64,000 bases of DNA from an uncultured delta proteobacterium. Lineage in GTDB: Bacteria; Myxococcota; UBA727; VGSZ01. Made by a program: the position numbers and the translations under genes. Below are positions 51,092-62,002 of this stretch, piece by piece. The notes under the pieces were generated by a model that did no database searches, was not told the origin of the DNA, and worked only from the letters and a program-made list of their open reading frames with translations. Location of the stretch: the NCBI GenBank assembly GCA_963775425.1, contig CAVZJB010000003.1, forward strand, positions 32,001 to 96,000. The letters run 5' to 3'. Positions within the stretch are counted from its first letter, which is position 1. Every line of letters starts with the position of its first letter.

Positions 51092-51651
51092 CCACAGCGA
51101 GCACGCGTCGCCGTTCGCCCACGGCTCACGGTGGGGCGCCCCTCCGGAGCGCGCGCGGCGGGCGCGCAGGGCCGCGCCCGATCAAGCGCGGCCGCTCCCT
51201 CCGGTCGCTGATCACCGCGCCGCACCGAGGGCGCATCGTGGCGCTCGCGGCGCTGCTCGCCGCCGGCGCCTGCGAGTGCGGGACCCCGCCGCCGCCGCCG
51301 CCGTCGGGGGCCGTCGGACAGATCACCGCCGCGCCCGTGGACGGCGGCTTCGAGCTGCGGCTCGAGAACATGACGCAGTCGGTGCGCGCGCTCCAGGTCG
51401 ACGTCAAGCTCGAGGGCGCGCACGCCACCGCGGCCGTCGCCGCCCAGGGCAGCGACCTGGTGGAGGCCGCCCTCGGCGACCCCAAGGACGACTTCACCGT
51501 CGTCGCCGGCGACACCCGGCGGCTGAACCTGCCCACCGGCGCCGTCGTCCGTGTCACCACGGACGCGGCCCCTTCGAAGATCAGCCTCTCGCACGCCGTC
51601 GCCGTCGACGACAGCGGCGCGCGACGGGACGTCACTGTGGTGGTTCCATGA
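51088..51651 (+). CDS. Small lipoprotein with cohesin-like beta-sandwich
   Basis: GGAGG RBS, ATGA coupling; AGAC lipobox, poly-Pro, then LRLEN...VRALQVDV...GAVVRV...ISLSHAVAVD pattern. Confidence 0.7.
51181..51208 (+). repeat. 28-bp repeat, inverted partner of 47019-47046
   Basis: Exact match, encodes IKRGRSLRS. Confidence 0.9.
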
Positions 51652-54600
51652 ACATAGAATCGTCGCTCCAGCGCGGCTCCGCGCGGGCCCTCGGGCCGGT
51701 GGCGCTCGCGGCGGTCGCCTCGGCGTTCGCGTCGGTGGCGTGCATCGGCGACTTCATCGCCACGCCCCCGCCGCAGGTGGAGATCAAGGGGCGCGTCGAC
51801 GACGTCCCCGACGCGCTCCGCTCCCGCATCGGCGGCAGCACGCTGCGCGCGCAGGCCGTCTCCGTCGACGGCGCCGTCCTCGCCGAGGCAGACACCCACC
51901 TCGGCGACACGTTCTCGCTCAAGCTCGGCCCGGGCCAGTCGCAGTTCAACGTGCGCGTCGTGGTCGCCGCCGGCAGCGTCGTCTTCAAGGACTTCGTGCC
52001 CGAGGCCCCCGCGGGCAGCGTCGTCGACCTCGAGCAGGCGCACGGCAAGATGGGCGTAGCCTCCACCGCGGCCGCCCAGGTGGTCGAGCGCTACGCCGTG
52101 CGCGAGCGCGCGAGCCTCAGCTCCACGCCGCCGGGCACCCTCGATCAGGTGCTCGCCCTCGCCCGCGGCAACGACGACCGCGTCAGCGCCTTCCGCGACC
52201 TCGTCGGCAACGTCGCCGCCGTCATGGATCCGCAGGCGGCGGCGCCGGCGCTCGAATCCCACGTCGTCGGACGCCGACGGCGACGCACTCGCTTTGGCAG
52301 GTGTGGAGGCGTCGGAGTATTCCGCGGCCCTCGAGGCGGCCGTGGACGCCTCGCTCGTCCCCATCGTCTGCGACCCGAGCCAGATCCTCGTCATGTTCGC
52401 GGTGGACGCCAGCGGCCAGGCCAAGGACGGAAACGGCGCGCCGCAGTTCATCCGGCAGGCCCCCAAGGAGGGCAAGGTCTTCCTCGGCATCACCCTCGAC
52501 CCGTCCTCGCCGGTGCCCGACTCCGCGGGGGCGCTCCGCCCGCGGCTCACGCCCAACGACCCCGCGACCGAGATGTTCGACGACGGCACCAACGGCGACG
52601 AGGTCGCCGGCGACGGCATCTTCACGCGCACCCTCGCGCTCCCCCGCGGCATGCGCGTCCTGTACAAGTACACCGACGGCTCGCCCAACGAGGGCTTCAC
52701 CGGCACCGAGGAGTGGCCCGGCAACGCGCGCATCCTCGTCGTCGACGACGTGCTCACGAATTCCGAGAGCGGGCAGCCCGACTGCCTCGTGGTCCGCCGC
52801 GACACCTTCGGCGACGAGTCCAGCAACAAGAACTTCGTGAACCTCAACGCCCGCCTCGGCGGCGGCGACCTCGGCTACGACGACGACCTCGGCGGCCCCG
52901 CCGTCGCCCTCCCCGACGACGACACGCTGCTCGCCAACGGCGGCCTCGCGCTCGGCGACGAGCAGACCGTCGCGCCGCTCACGCCCGACGGCGTCCCCGA
53001 GGCCCGCGAAAACGGCATCTGCACCACGTGCCCCGCGCCCCTCACCGTGAGCGCGGACGACGAGGAGCCGCCGCGCCTGGTGTCCGCCTCGTTCCTGTCC
53101 ACCGAGGAGACGCGCGTGGTGTTCTCCGAGGACGTCGATGTCCAGAGCGCGGGCGTCCCCGCCAACTACCTCCTCGTCGACGACAAGAACCGCCCCGTGG
53201 AGATCACGAGCGCGCGCGTGGTGGGCTCCGAGGTGGTGCTCAGCCACGCCCGCGTCAATCCGCGCTCGCCCCACACCGTGGCCGTGAAGGGCGTGAAGGA
53301 CGCGTCCTTGAACCAGAACGAGATCAAGACCGGCGCGCGCATCTTCGTCGGGCCAGACCTCACGCCGCCCACCATCACCGGCATCGAGCCCGGCAGCATC
53401 GTCGACGTCAACCCGTCGGCGCGCCCGGGCAACCCCGACACCGGCGAGGTGGTCATCGTGCACTTCTCCGAGGAGCTCGACACCATCAGCGCCGAAAACG
53501 CCGCCAACTGGAGCGTGGACGGCCTCGACGTCCTCGCGGCCTTCAAGCGCGGCCGCGACGTCCTCGTCGTCACCAGCCAGCAGGACAAGGGCGCCCCCTA
53601 CGACCTGAGCGTCGGCCTGGTCTTCGACATCGCCGGCAACGTCGCCGCCGTCGACGGGCCGCAGGCCTTCCGCGGCCTGGCGCTGTCCAAGGTCACCTTC
53701 AAGGCGGTCGTCGATTACGCCTGGCGCTCCGTCGACGGCAGCGACCGCGGCCTCCCGCCCGGCGAGGGGCTGTGGCTCACGGGCACCGTGGTGCTCGCCG
53801 CCCGCGGCGTCGACGGCGCCGATCTGCGCGTGCATGGACGCAGCGACGTCGCCGGCCTCCCCGGCTTCGAGCTCGTGCCCACCGACGAGACGGTGCCCGG
53901 CCCGGACGGCACCCCCGCCGCCACCGTCTACGCCGTCACCGTTCGGCTGCCCGCGGGCACGTACGCGTACAAGCTCGCGCACGGCACGGCGACGTCGTCG
54001 GACAACCCGCCCACCACGCTCGAGACCGTCACCAAGAGCCTCGCCACGCGAAACGACCTCGGCGGCGTCGTCGTGGACCCGCGCAACATGCTCGGCGCCG
54101 ACGGCCAGAGCTACGCGGGCGCGCGCCTGAGCCTGAACGGGCAGGACCTCCCGGGCCCGGGCGTGCTCTTCAAGCGCGAAAACCCCGACAACATCGTCGT
54201 CGTCGGCGACGGCGACAAGGACCTGGCCCCCGACATCGTCGGCACCTGGCGCGACGTGCCCTTCGGCTCCGGCACCGACTACGACGACGGCCTCGTCGAG
54301 CTGCCGCTGCTGCAGGCGGGCGTGGACGACACGCAGCCGCCGCGGCTCCTGGGGGCGCGGGCGCGCGACAGCGAGAGCGTGCTGCTCTCGTTCGACGAGG
54401 CGGTGTTCGCGCCGTCGTCGCCCATCGTGAACGTCAGCGCCGACGGCGAGGACCTGCCCATCGCGGACGTGCTGCTCGGCCAGCCGCTGGTGAACCAGAT
54501 CGTGGTGCAGACGGGCGCCATGGCGAACGACACGGCGTACTCGCTGCTCATCGGCGGCATCGCCGACATCCACGGGAACCTCCTGTCGCAGCCGGTGACG

Positions 54601-55905
54601 GCGGGCTTCACGAGCCCGTCGCAGTTCGTGCCCTTCACGCCCATCGTCGACGACGTGCCGCCGGCGGTGGTGAGCGTGCGGCCGACGAGCCCCACGGAGG
54701 TCGAGGTCACGTTCTCCGAGCGCGTCGCCGACGGCGCCGGCGCCGCGTCCCACTACGCCATCGAAAACGCCGGCGGCGCCGCGCCCACCATCACCGCCGC
54801 GCGGCTGGCGTCGGGCAACGTGAGGGCCATCCTGACCACGTCGGCGCAGGAGCGGCAGGCGCCGTACTCGCTCACGGTCACCGGCGTCGACGACGTCGCG
54901 GGCAACACGCTCGACAGCGCCACGGTGGCGTTCCCCGGCTTCGGCGACTTCAACCCGCCCACCATCACGCGGGTGCAGCCGTTGTCGGCCACGCGCGTGG
55001 CGCTCGTCTGGGACAAGCCGCTCACGGCGGACTCGGCCACCCGCCTCACCAACTACGACGTGAGCGAGGTGGGCGTGTCGTCGGTGACGTTCGGCGCGTC
55101 CGACACGCTGCGAAACGCCGCGTTCAACGCGACGTACGCGCCGCTGTCGGCCGACGTCGTGATCCTGACGACGTCGTCGCCGATGACCGGCGGCGGCACG
55201 TACACGGTGACGGCCCAGGGCGTGCAGGACCTCTCGAGCAACGAGAGCCTGGAGACAAAGACGTTCACGGCGGTGTCCACGCCGCCGCTCGTCGACGTCA
55301 TCCTCACCTACGAGATCTCGGACACCGCGGGCGTGGTCGGCGTCGGCCCGGGCGGCTCCGCGGGCGTGCCCTCGCGGGCCATCGGGCCGGCCACCCTGTC
55401 GCAGCAGCGGGAGGGGGTGTTCGTCGTGGGGACCGCGTTGAACGACGCCGGCTCGGCGCCGATCACCAACCACCCGTTCACGGCGGCGCTCGGCGGCTTC
55501 CCGGCCGAGGGCGCGCCCCTCGACGGCGCGGAGCCGCAGTTGCACGACGACGGGCAGGACGGCGACGCCGTCGCCGGTGACCACATCTTCTCCATGAAGA
55601 TCACCGGCGTGCCGCTCGGCTCCACGCTGTCGTGGAAGGCCTTCGCCTCGTTCACGACGGCGTTCGCGGCGCAAAACCCGAGCTTCCCCGGGGCGGCCTT
55701 CGCCGACTCCACGCCCGGGCCCTCGGTGTTCGGCGACGGCCAGGAGTTCCCCGGCAACGACGACGCCGTGCTGCTGGTCGCCGACGCCGACGGCGACGGC
55801 AAGATCGTCATCGACAACCTCTTCGGCGACGAGATCACCTTCAAGCGCAAGACGGGGTTCCCGGCCTTCCACATGGCCATCGACCACGCCCGGAGGATCC
55901 AATGA
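51648..55905 (+). CDS. Large (about 1418 aa) lipoprotein with Ig-like repeats, two choice-of-anchor-X-like motifs and CBM-like domains; +1 frameshift at about 52259
   Basis: SVAC lipobox; deleting one C in GAATCCCACG joins ...PALES to TSSDADGDALALAGVEA...; DDG..GD..AGD.IF twice; PP.(V/L)...V.FSE repeats. Confidence 0.82.
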
Positions 55906-57809
55906 CCTTCGCTCAGCTCCCAGGGCGGGGGCTCGTCCCCCGCGTCGGCGGGACCACGAGGCGGGGGACGCGCCTCCGCCCGACTGTGGCGCTCGCGCTC
56001 CTTGTCCTCGCGCAGGGTTGCAGTTGCGACGCGCCGCTCGAGCCCGGTGATCTGCTCGGCGACGGCTTCGCGAGCGTCGTGGCCGTCGACGGGACGCACG
56101 TCAAGCTCACGTTGTCGCGCGGCATCGACAAGGGGACGGCCAAGCCGGCGGCGTTCGCCATCGCCAACTACACGGTGGTCCCGGCGGCCACGGCCAGCAT
56201 CGCCGACGTCAGCGCGGACAGCGACACCGTCGTCACGCTCACCACCTCGGAGCTCACCACCGGCGCGCAGTACACGCTCGAGGTGAAGGGGCTCAAGGAC
56301 GCGCAGGGCCGCGCGCTCGACGGCACCATCAACTTCACCCCCGGCGGCGCCGGCCCCGTGGTGCCCGTGCAGATCGTCATCGACGACGTCGAGACCGCGC
56401 GCCTTCACCAGTCCCTCACGGCCATGGTCACCGTGGACGACAGCGGCGTCTTCTCGGAGCGGCTCCAGGCGTATCCCTTCGTCGACAACGGCGCCGCGTT
56501 CGTGGCCCAGGTGAACGTCGCCGTCGACGCCGCGCGCACGCTCGACCCGGGCGACGACACCGACCCCGGCGTCGACCGCCGCCCCTACGCCGTGCTCGTC
56601 GTCGACGAGGCCGGCCGCATGGCCTCGACGCTGGTGCGCTTCGTCCTGCCGAACGAGAGCGCGGACCGCACGGTGCCCGTCACGGTGCTGCCGCCCATCG
56701 AGATCCAGCAGCCGCAGACCGACGTGCTCCCCGACCCGCCCGATGACGCAAACCCCGGCGACGGCGTGCGTCAGGTGCGCATCGTCGTCGACAATCGCGC
56801 CTCGCACGAGCTGGTGCAACCGCAGCTCAAGGTGGCCTTCGGCCCAAGCGGCGACTTCGACGCGAGCTTCCCGCAGACGCTCGACCTCACCGAGATGGAC
56901 GGCGACAACGCCGGTTACTGGCAGGTGGTCGTCGGCGTGAAGGTCGACCCGAACCGCACCGTCGACGGCAGCACCAACGACACCTTCCCCTACTTCGCGT
57001 TCCTCGTGGACCAGGGCGTCGAGCACGAGGCGCTCTCGGTGGCCGTCACCGCGCCCGACGAGACGCCGGCCACCGTGCGGCTCTCGCTCGGGAACCCCAA
57101 CTACGTCCCCGTCACCTTCCGCGTCGACACCAGCCAGGCGTACGTCACGGCCGACGGCAGCGTGCGTGACCACTATCCGGGGGAGAGCATCTTCCTCACC
57201 GGCGAGTGGCAGCAGGCGGCCGACGCCCTCGGCAACAATTGCGGCGACTCGTTCACCGGCGGCGAGAACGCCTGCCTCGAGATGAAAGAGCTCGCGGGGC
57301 ACCCGGGCGTATGGACGCGCACGCTGTGGCTCCCGGGCGGCCGCCCCTACGGCTGGAAGGTGGTGCGCTGCACCGCCGGCACCGGCTGCGGCGACCTCAA
57401 CAACCTCGTGTCGTCGTCGGGGCGCGCGTTCGCCACCGTGATGAAGAACCTGGCCACCGAGAACATCGACGCCTTCGCCGACCCCAACGTGCAGATCATC
57501 GACCCGCTGAACCCGGGCGCGTACGCCGGCGGCGTCGTCTACCAGGGGCAGGGCGTCGGCGTGGAGCCGAACCCCGCGGGCATCCCCGACAACCACACCA
57601 TGTTCAAGCAGGAGGTCCCTGACCTCGTCGTGGTCGTCGACAACGTGCCCATCAAGACCCGCGTCATCCTCGTCGGGGCCTGGCGTGACATCAACCTGCC
57701 GAGCACCCCGCAGGACATCGTCAGCCAGCACCTGAGCGTGGACCTCACGCCGGCCGATTACGACGACGGATTCATCGGGCGGTTCCCGCCGTCCCGGGAG
57801 GAGCCATGA
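55902..57809 (+). CDS. Lipoprotein with Ig-like and CBM20-like domains
   Basis: GGAGG RBS, ATGA coupling; AQGC lipobox; VTFRVD...GESIFLTGEW...GVWTRTLWLP...YGWK. Confidence 0.8.
   Translation: MTFAQLPGRGLVPRVGGTTRRGTRLRPTVALALLVLAQGCSCDAPLEPGDLLGDGFASVVAVDGTHVKLTLSRGIDKGTAKPAAFAIANYTVVPAATASIADVSADSDTVVTLTTSELTTGAQYTLEVKGLKDAQGRALDGTINFTPGGAGPVVPVQIVIDDVETARLHQSLTAMVTVDDSGVFSERLQAYPFVDNGAAFVAQVNVAVDAARTLDPGDDTDPGVDRRPYAVLVVDEAGRMASTLVRFVLPNESADRTVPVTVLPPIEIQQPQTDVLPDPPDDANPGDGVRQVRIVVDNRASHELVQPQLKVAFGPSGDFDASFPQTLDLTEMDGDNAGYWQVVVGVKVDPNRTVDGSTNDTFPYFAFLVDQGVEHEALSVAVTAPDETPATVRLSLGNPNYVPVTFRVDTSQAYVTADGSVRDHYPGESIFLTGEWQQAADALGNNCGDSFTGGENACLEMKELAGHPGVWTRTLWLPGGRPYGWKVVRCTAGTGCGDLNNLVSSSGRAFATVMKNLATENIDAFADPNVQIIDPLNPGAYAGGVVYQGQGVGVEPNPAGIPDNHTMFKQEVPDLVVVVDNVPIKTRVILVGAWRDINLPSTPQDIVSQHLSVDLTPADYDDGFIGRFPPSREEP
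55920..55981 (+). repeat. REP-like palindrome copy B with inverted mate (21-bp stem)
   Basis: GGGCGGGGGCTCGTCCCCCGC ... GCGGGGGACGCGCCTCCGCCC. Confidence 0.75.
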
Positions 57810-60800
57810 GCGCACAGCGACGTGGGGCGGGGGCTTGTCCCCCGCGTCGGACCGACCGCGTTGGTCGACCTGGCCGCCGCCATGGGGGACGAGCCCCTGC
57901 GCCTCGGCGCGTGGCCTCGACGCTCGCCGGCGCGCTGCTCTTTGCGGCGGCGGCGCACGCGCAGTCCGCGTTCACCGAGAACGTCACCTTCCGCTTCCAG
58001 TCCGATCAGATCACCTACCAGGGGCCCATCAACTCCGGCTGGCTGATGCTCGACGTCGACGGCGGCCGGAACAAGGTGGCCAACGCGCGGCAGATGTCGT
58101 GCGACAACAACAACCCCAAGGTGTGCTCCTTGACGGTGCCCTTGGCCGAGGGCGACTACATCTACACGTTCGTGGTCAACCCCGAGCAGTTCGTCGACCT
58201 GAGCAATCCTTCGCTCAACCCCGACGACATCCCCGACAGCAACTTCTTCCGCGACCCCAACCCCAGAGACGCCGGCTTCTGCGGTCAGTTCTCCACGGAC
58301 AACTGCCTGTACGTCAGGAACCCCGCGCGGCCCACGTTCAATCCGGCGAGCTACGCGCCCGGTCACGGCGCGCTCGTGACGACGTCGTCGCAGGACATCA
58401 GCGTCACCGTGAACCGCGGGCAGGGCAGCACCCCCATCGATCCGTCGAGCGTTCACGTGTTCATCGAGGACGCCGAGCCCGCGGGCGTGCGCTTCACCAC
58501 GGGTGACCCGGTGACGCCGCAGCCGGTGGCGGTGCCGGGGGCCACCTTCTCGGCCACCCAGAACGGCGGCACCATCCACGCCAGCATCACCAACCTCCCC
58601 GAGGGCTTCCACCGCGTCCTCGTCGACGTCGCCGACACCAACGGCCTCGCCGCCGACCGCTTCGTCGGCTCCCTCCTCATCAACCGCGACAACCAGCCGC
58701 CCACCGCGCACGCGGGGCCCACGCAGTTCACCGCGGTGAACCAGGAGGTCATCCTCGACGGCTCGCTGTCCACCGACCCGGACTTCATCGGCTTCTCCGA
58801 GTACCAGTGGCGCGTCATCGAGGCGCCGGCGGGCGGCGCGGGCTCGTTCCGCTGCGTCGACGAAGAGCTCATCCCGCGCGACGGCTTCGGCCGCCCCTTC
58901 TTCGACGCCAGCGGCAACACGGTCGGCGACGCCTGCCAGCGCAGCGACCCGGGCGCCATGCCGCGCTTCAAGGCCACCGCTCCCGGCCGCTACCTCATCG
59001 GCCTCAAGGTCAAGGACATCGGCGGGCTCCTCTCGAGCGAGAGCACCACCGAGGTCTTCGTGTCGCCCGCGATGAACACCACCGTGCACCCGCGGGTGGA
59101 GGTTGCCGTCGACGGAAACACGGTCACCGTGGACGGCTCGCTCACCGTGGGCGTCACCGGCAGCAGCAACGCGCGCTTCGTGGCCGACCTCGACAACCCC
59201 GCGCCCGTCACCCTGTCGCAAAACGGGCTGGTGGCCACGTTTTCGAAGCCGTCCACCCCGGGCGCGTACCTCGTGCACCTGCAGATCGACGACAGCTACC
59301 CCGCCACCGCGATGATCCGCGTGCTCGACGACGGCAGCGTCGACGGCTTCGACCTCGCGCGCCCGCCCAAGGACTGGCGCACCGAGAAGGTCCTCTACCT
59401 CGGCTTCGTCCGTGAGTTCTTCGACGAGGACGGCGACGGCGAGGGCGACCTCCTCGGGATGATCGACAAGATGGACTACATCGCCAAGCTCGGCGTCACC
59501 ACCATCTGGCTGATGCCGCTGTCCGAGGGCCCCACCACCCACGGCTACGCCACCACCGGCGCGTTCTCCATCGACGGCGACTACGGCACACCGGAGGACC
59601 TCGAGCTGCTCACCGAGACGGCCAAGGCGTTCGGCCTCGAGGTGGTCATGGACCTCGTGGCCAACCACACGAGCGACCAGCACCCGTTCTTCCAGGCCGC
59701 GCGGCAGAACCCGCAGAGCCCGCTGCACGACTGGTACGCCTTCAACCCCGACGGCAGCTATCGCTTCGCCTTCACCTTCTTCGCGCTCCCCGACAACGAC
59801 CAGAACAACCCCATGGTGCGCCAGACGCTCATGCAGGAGGTGGACTGGTTCATGGACCGCGGCATCGAGGGGGTGCGCTGCGACATCGCGGGCTTTTCGC
59901 CGCCGAGCTTCTGGCGCGAGGTGCGCCGTCACGTGAAGGCGCGGGCGCCGAACGCCATCATGCTCGCGGAGCTCCTGCCTCCCATGCCGGAGTACTTCGA
60001 CCACGCCTTCGACCTCGCCTACGACGCCACCACCTTCTGGGGCACGCGCGACGCGTTCGCCGTCAACGGGCCGTTCGACAACGTCAACGGCAGCCTCGAG
60101 CAGGCCACGCGGTTCGTGGAGTCCGCGCAGACGGAGCGCGCGCGCAACAGCGTCCGCCAGCAGGACGTGCTCTTCATGCGCTACCTCGACAACCAGGACG
60201 AGGACCGCTTCCTCCTGCGCGCCGGCGGCGACTTCCGCAAGGCCAAGGCCGCGGCGGGGTTCCTGTTCACCATCCCGGGCACGCCGCTCATCACCTACGG
60301 CAACGAGGTGGGCATCCAGGAGCTCCGCGGCCGCTACCCGTTCGCCGACTACGACGCCGCCAGCGACAAGTTCGGCGACAGCGCGCGCGACTCCTTGATG
60401 AAGCTGTACCGAAAGCTCATCCAGGTCCGGCGCGGGAACGTCGCGCTGCGCGCGCCGGACAGCGCCACCGGCTTCGCCGACGGCAACACCTACCTGCGCA
60501 TCTCGAGCAACGGCGACGAGGGCGGCGGCAACGTCTACAGCTTCATGCGCTTCGACGAGGGCCAGCGCTTCATCGTGCTCGTCAACCGCGCGGACTCCAC
60601 CGCCATCGGCACCACCGCGCGCGTGTTCCCCCCGGCGTCGCTGTTCACCGACTACCCGGACCAGACCCTGACGCTCGTCGACGCGATCGATCCGTCGGTG
60701 CACGTGCAGGTCACGCGCTCGCAGCTCACCGCGCCCGGCGGGGTCACCTTCAACGTGCCCGGCTTCGGCACGCGCATCTTCGAGGTCACCCAGAACGGCA

Positions 60801-62002
60801 TCCCGGACGCCGACGGCGACAAGACCCTCGACAGCTACGACAACTGCGCCGGCATCCCCAACGCCGACCAGCGCGACCTCGACGGCGACCACGTCGGCGA
60901 CCGCTGCGACCGCTGCCCCGACACCGTCCGCGGCGCGCCCGCGGGCCGAGACGGCTGCGCGCCCGCCGCCGGCGCCCCCCGCGCGCGCTACACCCTCGAC
61001 GGCGCGCTCGACGACGCCGGCTACCAGGTGGCCACCGGATCGGGCATCTCGCTGTACGCGTCGTTCAACGGCCAGCTCCTCTACGTCGCCACCGAGGCCG
61101 CCAACCGCGGCGAAGACGCGTTCGTCGTCGTCACCGACGACACCGGCCGCTCCGTGGTCGCCCCGTTCGGCAAGGCCGGCACGGTGGCCACGAGCGCGGC
61201 CCTCAGCGCCGGCGGCGCGGGGGGCGTGTTCCTCGCCGACGAGGGAGACAACGACTTCAACCGCTGGTTCGGCGCCACCGGCGAGGCGCGGTCGGCGACG
61301 GAGCCGCTGCCGGGCCGCGGGGTGCTCGAGGGCACGCTGAACCTCGTGGAGCTCTTCGGCGCGGTGCCGCCGCAGATCCACATCGCGGCGCTCCGCTACG
61401 GCGGCGACGACGGCGGGCACCTGCTCGCGCAGGCGCCGGCCGGCAACGGCGACGACACGGTGAGCGGCGACGAGATGTTCACGCTCGACACCACGCTGCC
61501 GCCGCTCGACGACGCCGGCGAGGGCGAGGGCGAGGGCGAAGGCGGCGAGGGCGAGGGCGAGGGCGAGGGCGACGTCATCTCGCAGCCCGGTGACGTCGAC
61601 GGCGACGGCGTGGAGAACCTCGTCGACAACTGCCCCGAGATCTACAACCCCGCGCAGGCCGACGCCGACGGCGACGGCCTCGGCGACGGCTGCGATCAGT
61701 GCCCGCTCACGGCGCCCAACGTCATCGTCGACGCCGACGGCTGCGGCGACCGCGACGTGTCCGTGGGCCCCGGCGGCGGAACGCGCGCGAACCCGCACGT
61801 GACCAACCCCAACGATCGCCTGGCCGTCGAGCACGAGTGCGGCTGCACCGCCTCGGGCACCACCGACGCGGGCCCCTCGGCCCTGCTCGGCGCGGCCCTC
61901 TGGCTGGTCCTGCGCCTGCGCCGGCTGGGTCGCGCGCGCCGTCGTCGTGGCGCGGCGGCTTGTCCGCCGCCGCCGGGTCGGGCAGCCTCGGGCTCCGCAT
62001 GA
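57806..62002 (+). CDS. Multidomain secreted GH13 alpha-glucanase: CBM48-like, Ig/PKD, GH13, TSP3 repeats, (GE)n, MYXO-CTERM
   Basis: DGDGEGDL.G, IWLMP, HGY, DLVANH, GVRCDIAG, LAE, YLDNQD, PGTPLITYG.E; GCTASG-hydrophobic-RRR tail. Confidence 0.9.
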   Translation: MSAQRRGAGACPPRRTDRVGRPGRRHGGRAPAPRRVASTLAGALLFAAAAHAQSAFTENVTFRFQSDQITYQGPINSGWLMLDVDGGRNKVANARQMSCDNNNPKVCSLTVPLAEGDYIYTFVVNPEQFVDLSNPSLNPDDIPDSNFFRDPNPRDAGFCGQFSTDNCLYVRNPARPTFNPASYAPGHGALVTTSSQDISVTVNRGQGSTPIDPSSVHVFIEDAEPAGVRFTTGDPVTPQPVAVPGATFSATQNGGTIHASITNLPEGFHRVLVDVADTNGLAADRFVGSLLINRDNQPPTAHAGPTQFTAVNQEVILDGSLSTDPDFIGFSEYQWRVIEAPAGGAGSFRCVDEELIPRDGFGRPFFDASGNTVGDACQRSDPGAMPRFKATAPGRYLIGLKVKDIGGLLSSESTTEVFVSPAMNTTVHPRVEVAVDGNTVTVDGSLTVGVTGSSNARFVADLDNPAPVTLSQNGLVATFSKPSTPGAYLVHLQIDDSYPATAMIRVLDDGSVDGFDLARPPKDWRTEKVLYLGFVREFFDEDGDGEGDLLGMIDKMDYIAKLGVTTIWLMPLSEGPTTHGYATTGAFSIDGDYGTPEDLELLTETAKAFGLEVVMDLVANHTSDQHPFFQAARQNPQSPLHDWYAFNPDGSYRFAFTFFALPDNDQNNPMVRQTLMQEVDWFMDRGIEGVRCDIAGFSPPSFWREVRRHVKARAPNAIMLAELLPPMPEYFDHAFDLAYDATTFWGTRDAFAVNGPFDNVNGSLEQATRFVESAQTERARNSVRQQDVLFMRYLDNQDEDRFLLRAGGDFRKAKAAAGFLFTIPGTPLITYGNEVGIQELRGRYPFADYDAASDKFGDSARDSLMKLYRKLIQVRRGNVALRAPDSATGFADGNTYLRISSNGDEGGGNVYSFMRFDEGQRFIVLVNRADSTAIGTTARVFPPASLFTDYPDQTLTLVDAIDPSVHVQVTRSQLTAPGGVTFNVPGFGTRIFEVTQNGIPDADGDKTLDSYDNCAGIPNADQRDLDGDHVGDRCDRCPDTVRGAPAGRDGCAPAAGAPRARYTLDGALDDAGYQVATGSGISLYASFNGQLLYVATEAANRGEDAFVVVTDDTGRSVVAPFGKAGTVATSAALSAGGAGGVFLADEGDNDFNRWFGATGEARSATEPLPGRGVLEGTLNLVELFGAVPPQIHIAALRYGGDDGGHLLAQAPAGNGDDTVSGDEMFTLDTTLPPLDDAGEGEGEGEGGEGEGEGEGDVISQPGDVDGDGVENLVDNCPEIYNPAQADADGDGLGDGCDQCPLTAPNVIVDADGCGDRDVSVGPGGGTRANPHVTNPNDRLAVEHECGCTASGTTDAGPSALLGAALWLVLRLRRLGRARRRRGAAACPPPPGRAASGSA
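57822..57903 (+). repeat. REP-like palindrome copy C with degenerate inverted mate
   Basis: GTGGGGCGGGGGCTTGTCCCCCGCGTCGGA ... GGGGGACGAGCCCCTGCGCC. Confidence 0.75.
61517..61570 (+). repeat. (GE)n coding repeat
   Basis: Hexamer array. Confidence 0.85.
61947..61970 (+). repeat. REP-like palindrome copy D with compensatory stem change
   Basis: GTGGCGCGGCGGCTTGTCCGCCGC, 21/24 to copy C, 7-bp stem retained. Confidence 0.6.

Noticed and set aside
51276-55580. 1434-aa ORF as a real protein
   Set aside because: Only 51648 to about 52260 is real; the rest is Arg-rich off-frame translation of the frameshifted lipoprotein gene
57758-61834. Long antisense ORFs (also 52222-55902, 47957-51088, 23513-26548, 14363-16846)
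   Set aside because: Shadow ORFs typical of high-GC DNA opposite genes with clear family motifs
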